Positions 57,532 to 64,000 of a stretch of 64,000 bases of DNA are shown here, in pieces. Numbering within the stretch: position 1 is the stretch's first letter; each line of letters starts with the position of its first letter. The notes beneath the pieces are model-generated. The model searched no databases and was not told the DNA's origin. It was given only the letters and a program-made list of their open reading frames with translations. The position numbers and the translations under genes are program-made. Source of the DNA: Aeromicrobium sp. (GTDB lineage: Bacteria > Actinomycetota > Actinomycetes > Propionibacteriales > Nocardioidaceae); NCBI GenBank assembly GCA_008017265.1, contig SSHC01000022.1:3194-67193 (forward strand), given 5' to 3'.

Positions 57532-59025
57532 ATGTGGCTGAAAGCTAAATCGCTCTCGCTTCCGCGCGTCGTGATTGGCGCATTGCTTGCCTTGGTGGTT
57601 TCGGCGTTCATTGCACGAGCGCTCGGGGGTTTAGACGCGGATGTGTTCGCGCCGACCGCGATGCTGGCCACGCTCGCGGTGCTAGTGGGCGCCTCGCTTG
57701 GCGCAAGTTGGATGTTGGGTCGGCTTTTTTCGTCTCAGCCATCGCTTGAGTCAGCGGCGATCACCGGCCTGATTCTGTGGTTCTTGTATTGGCCGAGTTT
57801 GGAACCGATCACGCTGGGCTGGTTCGCGGGCATCGCCGCCCTAGCGCAAATCTCGAAGTACCTGATCGCATGGCGGGGACGCCACATCGTCAACCCTGTG
57901 GCGGCCGGAGTGCTGTTGTCGGTCGCTGTTGGTGCCGGATTGGGCGTCGAAGATTTTCCGCGCACCTCGTGGTGGGTGGCTAGTGAAGCAATCTTCTGGC
58001 CCGTGCTGCTGGCGACAACGGTCGTCTTGTGGCGCACGGGCCGAGCACAATTGTGGTTGTACTTCCTCGCGGCAGCCGGCACGTGGACGGTCATGGCTTT
58101 GATCGATATCAGCACGCTGGTAGGGATCGACATCACCGTGTTCGACGCGATCCAGCTCGCATTTTTCGCTTACCCAATTGTCTTCTTTGCGGGATTCATG
58201 CTCACCGAACCGCTCACTTTGCCGTCGCGAAACCTACCTCAAGTTGTTGCCGTTTTCGTCGCAGCGGCCGTCGCCACCATCGGATCAGTCGGCGGGTATA
58301 TCGGGTTCGAGGTTCCGGGGTCCATTCTGGACTCAGCTTGGGAATGGGCGCTCGTCGCGACGGGTGTCATTGCTTTCGCTACCCGCCAATCGTCGGCGGT
58401 CGTTGTTCTGCGCGAACGGCTGGCAATCGAAGGCGACGCGATTGCCTACCGGTGGGAATTGAAGCGGCCGATCACCTTTACCCCCGGCCAATATGTGGAA
58501 CTCGATATCGCGCATTCCAAGCCAGACCGTCGAGGCCGGCGCCGAGCCTTCAGCCCAGTTTCTGTGCCGGGCGAACCCCTAGAAATCGCGACACGTCATC
58601 CCGAACCCGCATCGAGTTACAAGCGTGCTCTTGCCAGCATGCAACCGGGCGATCGGGCGCGCGTCACCTCGGTGCACGGTGGTTTCGTGTGGCCGAAGCG
58701 CGGGCCGATCCTGTTGATCGGTGCAGGCATTGGTGTCACGCCGTTCCTCTCGCAACTGGCCCAAGAGCCAGAACGAGATGTTGTCGTGATCGTGGGTGTG
58801 AGGGAAGAAGGTTTGCCGTATCTGGAGCGTTTGCGAGAGCTCGCGCCAGACGTGCATGCATTGCCGATCGACGAGTTAACGGTCGACACGATTCGTGAAC
58901 TCGTCCCGGATTTGGCGACGCGCAATGCGTTCATTTCGGGGCGTCCGGATTTCGTCGCGGAGATCAGTGCCGGGCTGCATCGGAAGGCAAAGAAAATCCA
59001 CACCGACTATTTCTGGGGTTCTTAA
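57532..59025 (+). CDS. RnfD/NqrB-like membrane domain fused to an FNR-type FAD/NAD-binding domain
   Basis: SKYLIAWRGRHIVNPVA and FMLTEPLT in the membrane part; FTPGQY, RRAFS, GAGIGVTPF, SG.P in the soluble part. Confidence 0.82.
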   Translation: MWLKAKSLSLPRVVIGALLALVVSAFIARALGGLDADVFAPTAMLATLAVLVGASLGASWMLGRLFSSQPSLESAAITGLILWFLYWPSLEPITLGWFAGIAALAQISKYLIAWRGRHIVNPVAAGVLLSVAVGAGLGVEDFPRTSWWVASEAIFWPVLLATTVVLWRTGRAQLWLYFLAAAGTWTVMALIDISTLVGIDITVFDAIQLAFFAYPIVFFAGFMLTEPLTLPSRNLPQVVAVFVAAAVATIGSVGGYIGFEVPGSILDSAWEWALVATGVIAFATRQSSAVVVLRERLAIEGDAIAYRWELKRPITFTPGQYVELDIAHSKPDRRGRRRAFSPVSVPGEPLEIATRHPEPASSYKRALASMQPGDRARVTSVHGGFVWPKRGPILLIGAGIGVTPFLSQLAQEPERDVVVIVGVREEGLPYLERLRELAPDVHALPIDELTVDTIRELVPDLATRNAFISGRPDFVAEISAGLHRKAKKIHTDYFWGS

Positions 59026-59103
59026 CTACGACTTGCCTGACGGTCGTCATCGCCGACCCGTCACAATAGATAAGGCCCATTGTGCAAAGCGAAAGGAACG
59101 ACC

Positions 59104-60348
59104 GTGCGTATTGCTCTGCTGTCGTACCGCAGCAAACAGCACAGCGGTGGCCAAGGCGTCTACGTTCGTCACCTCAGCGCGGGCCTCGCCACGCTTGGGC
59201 ACGAGGTCACGATCTTCTCGGGCCAGCCGTACCCTGAAGATCTGCATCCGGACGTCACGCTCGTGAAGGTTCCGAGCCTCGATCTCTATCGCGACGAAGA
59301 CCCGTTCCGCACACCCAAGTTGCGCGAGTTTCGCGACTGGATCGACGTGCTCGAATACGGAACGATGGCGACGGCCGGATTCCCCGAGCCACTCACCTAC
59401 AGTCTGCGTGCCCGCCGACTCGATCTTTCGGGTTTCGATATCGTCCACGACAACCAATGCCTCGGATATGGCGTGTTGTCGATTCTGAAACGTCAACCGT
59501 TCGTGGCCACGATTCACCACCCCATCAGCCGTGACCGAAAAGTCGATTTGGCGGCCGCGAACTGGCGCCGCAAATGGAGTATGTATCGCTGGTACGGCTT
59601 CGTGAAGATGCAGGCCCGAGTTGCGCGTCGGATTCCGACCTTGCTGGGTGTTTCCACCGTGTCGGCGCAAGACGCGATTGACGATTTCAAACTTGGCAAC
59701 GAACAATTCAATGTGGTGCCGTTGGGCGTTGACACCGATTTGTATGCGCCCACTCGCGAGCGTGTTCCGAACCGGATCGTGGTGGTGGCCAGCGCGGACA
59801 AGCCGCTCAAGGGCTTGCGTTATTTTCTCGATGCAGCCGCCAAAGTACGCACCGAGATCGATATTGACGTGCAACTCGTGTCGAACCTCGATCCCGAGGG
59901 GCGCACGGTTCGCCGTATCGCGAAGGGTGACCTCGCGGGTGCCGTGACGGTTCACAGCGGGATTAGCGATGAAGAACTCGCCGACTTGATCGCCTCGGCC
60001 CAAGTGATGGCGATCCCGTCGCTGTATGAAGGGTTTTCGCTGCCGGCGGTTGAAGGTTTGGCTTGCGGTACGCCGCTCGTAGCGAGTGCTGCGGGTGCGT
60101 TGCCCGAAACAGTTGGCGACGCGGGTGTACTCGTTGCACCGCGTGATGTGGAAGCACTGGCCACAGAGATGAAGCGGTTCCTCACCGACTCTGACCACTG
60201 GGTTGATTATTCGGCGTGTGGCCGTCAGCGCGCGCTCGACAAATACAGTTGGGTGGCGGTCGCTCGTTCGACCGTCGAGGTTTACCAAAAAGAAATTGCA
60301 CGTTGGGCTGCGGCCACATCGAAAGGCACTCACCATGTTGACCGTTGA
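59104..60348 (+). CDS. GT4 glycosyltransferase, probable ManT-like alpha-1,4-mannosyltransferase
   Basis: HSGGQGVY, HDNQCLG, PLKG, PSLYEGFSLPAVEG (EX7E). First gene of an MMP-like cluster. Confidence 0.8.
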   Translation: MRIALLSYRSKQHSGGQGVYVRHLSAGLATLGHEVTIFSGQPYPEDLHPDVTLVKVPSLDLYRDEDPFRTPKLREFRDWIDVLEYGTMATAGFPEPLTYSLRARRLDLSGFDIVHDNQCLGYGVLSILKRQPFVATIHHPISRDRKVDLAAANWRRKWSMYRWYGFVKMQARVARRIPTLLGVSTVSAQDAIDDFKLGNEQFNVVPLGVDTDLYAPTRERVPNRIVVVASADKPLKGLRYFLDAAAKVRTEIDIDVQLVSNLDPEGRTVRRIAKGDLAGAVTVHSGISDEELADLIASAQVMAIPSLYEGFSLPAVEGLACGTPLVASAAGALPETVGDAGVLVAPRDVEALATEMKRFLTDSDHWVDYSACGRQRALDKYSWVAVARSTVEVYQKEIARWAAATSKGTHHVDR

Positions 60349-61048
60349 TTTTGATCGCCTTCGGGTTGGTCGCGGCACGAAGTTCATCGACGTGGGTGCC
60401 GGTGCTGGCCGTCATTCCTATGAAGCCTTGCGTCGTGGTGCGGATGTGATTGCCTATGACCTCGACGAAGTTGAGCTCAAAGCCGTCGACGACATGTTTG
60501 GTGCGATGGAACTCGAAGGAGAGATTCCGCCGGGTGGCCGCGGTCAGGTTGAGGTGGGCAACATTCTCGACATCCCACACCCGGACGGCAGCTTTGATGT
60601 GGTGTTGGCCTCCGAGATTTTGGAGCATGTCCCTGAGGACGTGCAGGCGATCAGTGAACTCGTGCGTATTCTGGCGCCGGGTGGAACGCTCGCGGTGACG
60701 GTTCCCGCGTGGTTCCCCGAGTGGGTGTGTTGGGCGTTGTCGGACGAATATCACGCCAACGAAGGCGGCCACATTCGCATCTACAAGGCTGACGAGCTGC
60801 AAGCCAAACTGGAAGACGCCGGGCTCGAGTTCACGCACAAGCATCACGCGCACGCGCTGCATTCGCCGTTCTGGTGGCTCAAGTGCGCGGTTGGCGTGGA
60901 GAAGGACCAAAACCCGGCGGTCAAGGCCTATCACCAATTATTGGTGTGGGACATGATGAAGGCCCCCAAGTTGACGCGCTGGAGCGAGAAGGCACTCAAC
61001 CCGTTGATCGGCAAGAGTGTTGCGCTGTATTTCCGCAAGCCGTTCTGA
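60335..61048 (+). CDS. Class I SAM-dependent methyltransferase, candidate mannoside 3-O-methyltransferase
   Basis: DVGAGAGRH, SEILEHV, LAPGG, YHANEGGHIRIY, HALHSPFWWLKC. Confidence 0.8.
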   Translation: MLTVDFDRLRVGRGTKFIDVGAGAGRHSYEALRRGADVIAYDLDEVELKAVDDMFGAMELEGEIPPGGRGQVEVGNILDIPHPDGSFDVVLASEILEHVPEDVQAISELVRILAPGGTLAVTVPAWFPEWVCWALSDEYHANEGGHIRIYKADELQAKLEDAGLEFTHKHHAHALHSPFWWLKCAVGVEKDQNPAVKAYHQLLVWDMMKAPKLTRWSEKALNPLIGKSVALYFRKPF

Positions 61049-61054
61049 GTTCGC

Positions 61055-62035
61055 GTGTTAACTGCTGAGCAAGTTAATTCGACTGCTCGCTGGATTGCCA
61101 GCGTGCAGCAAACTAACGGCGCAATCCCGTGGTTCGATGGCGGGCATCTCGATCCGTGGGATCACACGCAGGCCGCGATGGGTTTGGCGGCGGCCGGCTT
61201 TGGAGCCGAGGCAGTTCGGGCCTACGACTGGTTGCGTGATGCTCAGCGTCCGGACGGTTCGTGGGCGATCAAGTATTGGCCACACGAGGGCGACCGGATC
61301 GACGACGCGGGCACCGACGCGAACTACACCGCCTACATTGCGACGGGTGTGGAACATGCGGCGCGGCTGGGTTTGGATGTCGAGCACTTGTGGCCGACGG
61401 TGGATGCGGCTCTCGAATGCGTGCTGGCAATGCGCACCGAGGTGGGCTTGGTTCCCTGGGCACGCAACGACAAAGGCAATCTAGCTGACGAAGTGTTGTT
61501 GACCTCCAGTTCGAGCATCGCCATGAGTCTGCGTCGCGGCTACTATCTTGCGCAACGCTGGGGTCACGAACGTGATCATTGGCTGGATGCGGCGCTCGTG
61601 ATAGAGCAAGCAATTTGCGATAAGCCAGAACTGTTTGCGCCGAAAGAGCGCTTCTCGATGGACTGGTATTACCCGATTTTGTGCGGAATTTTGAGCGGGG
61701 ACGTAGCGCAGGAGCGCCTTGCCGAGCGGTGGGATGAGTTCGTGGTTCCGGGCAAGGGCATTCGTTGCGTGACGGTCAATACGTGGGTGACGGGCGGCGA
61801 AACCTGCGAGTTTGTGCTGGCGCTGGAAGCTTTGGGCCGCGGCGCTGAGGCGCGGGCCGCATTCGCTGATATCCAGCACCTGCGCGACGAAGACGGCACG
61901 TGGTGGACCGGGCTCGAATACGAGTTGGACGAGCGTTGGCCGCTTGAGTCCTCCACGTGGACGGCAGGCACCGCGATCCTCGCGTGGGACGCGCTCACTC
62001 GCGCCACTCCGGCCGCCACCATCTTCCACCGCTGA
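61055..62035 (+). CDS. (alpha/alpha)6-barrel protein, MmpH-like endomannosidase (often annotated prenyltransferase)
   Basis: DPWDH acidic pair (D33/D36), FSMDWYYP, WVTGGETCE, WPLESSTWT. Sits between two methyltransferases and a GT4. Confidence 0.72.
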   Translation: MLTAEQVNSTARWIASVQQTNGAIPWFDGGHLDPWDHTQAAMGLAAAGFGAEAVRAYDWLRDAQRPDGSWAIKYWPHEGDRIDDAGTDANYTAYIATGVEHAARLGLDVEHLWPTVDAALECVLAMRTEVGLVPWARNDKGNLADEVLLTSSSSIAMSLRRGYYLAQRWGHERDHWLDAALVIEQAICDKPELFAPKERFSMDWYYPILCGILSGDVAQERLAERWDEFVVPGKGIRCVTVNTWVTGGETCEFVLALEALGRGAEARAAFADIQHLRDEDGTWWTGLEYELDERWPLESSTWTAGTAILAWDALTRATPAATIFHR

Positions 62036-62077
62036 ATCGGGCAGCCCCTGACCCCCTCGCTTGGGAAGATCGGCCCC

Positions 62078-62569
62078 TTGAAACGCACATTTGTTGATCG
62101 CGATCCTGGCTTGCTGAGACCGTGGATTGCCAAGGACGAGGCGCTGCTTCGATTCTGGCTTGTTGGCGGAGGAGTGCCTTCCGCATCGCTAGGCCAAGTT
62201 GCTGAAATTGCGGACCAGTTCGGTGATGGGCATGTCTACCTGACCTCGCGGGCCAACCTGCAAATACGCGGGCTTCCGCACGATGACGGCAGCGGCGGCG
62301 TCGCGCACCGGAGTCTGGATGTGGGCCTCGTGGCACTTGATGAATCGACAGCACAGATCCGAGTCGGCTCTCACGTGTGGGGCGAAACGGTTTTGCTGAA
62401 GCAGTTGCCGTTTGGGTCGATCGCTCAACGCGATGGAAGACGTGCTCGCCATGTTGAGGTGGTCGACGGTTCCCTCACGTTGGGCGCGGCGAATCGTTTG
62501 GCGCAACTTTCTGAGGTGCTGATTGTGACCCAATGGCGCAGCATCATCGCACCAGACTGTGCTGCGTGA
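62078..62569 (+). pseudogene. Degenerate CobG/nitrite-sulfite reductase-like fragment
   Basis: PGLLRPW..ALLRFWLVGG..FGDGHVYLTSRANLQIRG half domain and a terminal IVTQWRSII. The Cys ligand region is missing and the ORF is only 163 aa. Confidence 0.6.
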
Positions 62570-62571
62570 CG

Positions 62572-63000
62572 CTAAGCGCCGTATTGTTCGAGGGTTTCGG
62601 CGAGTGAGCGCTCAAGCAACTGGCGCAGCACGCCGTGATCCACATTGCTGAGCCGCGTGACATACAGGCAGGCTTTGCTGGCTTGATGCTTGCCTAGTTG
62701 CTCGAGTAGATCAGTCCAACGCTCGGCAAATCCGGTACTCAGGTAGATGGTGTGTTTCGTTGAGTTCGACGCGAAACCCAGTGGCGGAGCGATTCCGCTG
62801 TGACCAGTGTCGTAGCGGTACTCGTATTGGCCGAAGCCAATAATCCGGCCGGCCCACACCACAGGTTCAGCCCCGGAAACCTCGCGATGCAGGGCGAGCA
62901 GTTCGTCCGCCTCGGCCCGCCGCGGCCCAGTAACTCGATCAAGCACCTCGGTCACACTGACATCGGAAGGTGACATTGCGGGAGCCTTGTTCGTCGCCAT
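62572..63000 (-). CDS. DUF1801 (YdhG-like) protein
   Basis: PVVW..IIGFGQYEYRYDTGHSG, LGKH..SKACLYV.RL. Confidence 0.85.
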   Translation of the reverse strand: MATNKAPAMSPSDVSVTEVLDRVTGPRRAEADELLALHREVSGAEPVVWAGRIIGFGQYEYRYDTGHSGIAPPLGFASNSTKHTIYLSTGFAERWTDLLEQLGKHQASKACLYVTRLSNVDHGVLRQLLERSLAETLEQYGA

Positions 63001-63047
63001 GCGGTTCCTCCAAGTAGTGAACGGCTCAGTTTCTGTGACGAGCCTAA

Positions 63048-63710
<663 letters not shown>

Positions 63711-63782
63711 CGCGCGAGATAGGCCAAACTGCGAGAACGAATCGTCTGTTGTGTTTATGGTGTTTGCGCGTACTATGGAAGC

Positions 63783-64000
63783 ATGGCGGCGAATCTCCTC
63801 ACGACCTCGCAAGTGGCGCACGAACTGGGCGTCTCGCGCCAGCACGTCGTCAATATGTGTGAACGCGGTGAACTGGCGTTCGTGATGGTCGGGAGCCACC
63901 GCCGAATCCCGCAGTCAGCGATTGGGCGCGTCTCGTTGCGCCCTGAGCAAGTGAGGTCATTGTGGCTTCACCGTGCGGTGTTGGGTCATTTGGCGGTTGA
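63783..64000 (+). CDS. Excisionase-type HTH protein, 5' part only (runs off the window)
   Basis: Hand translation MAANLLTTSQVAHELGVSRQHVVNMCERGEL..VGSHRRI..EQVRSLWLHRAV. TACTAT -10 box 6 nt before the ATG suggests a leaderless transcript. Confidence 0.75.
   Translation, partial: MAANLLTTSQVAHELGVSRQHVVNMCERGELAFVMVGSHRRIPQSAIGRVSLRPEQVRSLWLHRAVLGHLAV

Noticed and set aside
61055-62035. Prenyltransferase or squalene cyclase, implying a terpene cluster
   Set aside because: No DxDD or DDxxD motif and no isoprenoid genes nearby. Context and the DPWD pair fit an MmpH-like glycoside hydrolase better.

Overview
64 kb of a GC-rich actinobacterial chromosome. Gene content (mprAB, fadE5, dnaK-grpE-dnaJ-hspR, nirBD with nnaR, DUF6801-like surface proteins) suggests Nocardioidaceae/Aeromicrobium-like, but this is an inference. 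The window is mostly housekeeping and metabolic genes: a 2-oxoacid dehydrogenase E1a/E1b/E2 operon, acyl-CoA enzymes, dcd, a TPP-riboswitch-controlled thiamine ABC transporter, a nitrite assimilation cluster and the HspR-regulated dnaK operon. No rRNA, tRNA, CRISPR array, integrase or transposase was recognised. The most interesting parts are: (1) a sortase-type beta-helix surface protein followed by an internally duplicated histidine kinase (one intact and one His-less half) and a LuxR regulator, with a candidate operator; (2) a 36-aa membrane micropeptide, absent from the ORF track, divergent from an otherwise target-less LysR; (3) a probable methylmannose polysaccharide (MMP) cluster (manT, putative 3-O-methyltransferase, mmpH, meT1) interrupted by a decayed cobG-like fragment; (4) an extracytosolic flavinylation electron-transfer operon (FMN-binding lipoprotein, ApbE, RnfD/NqrB-FNR fusion); (5) a Cwh43/PGAP2IP-like membrane EEP protein. 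All calls rest on motif recognition by eye; no searches were run.
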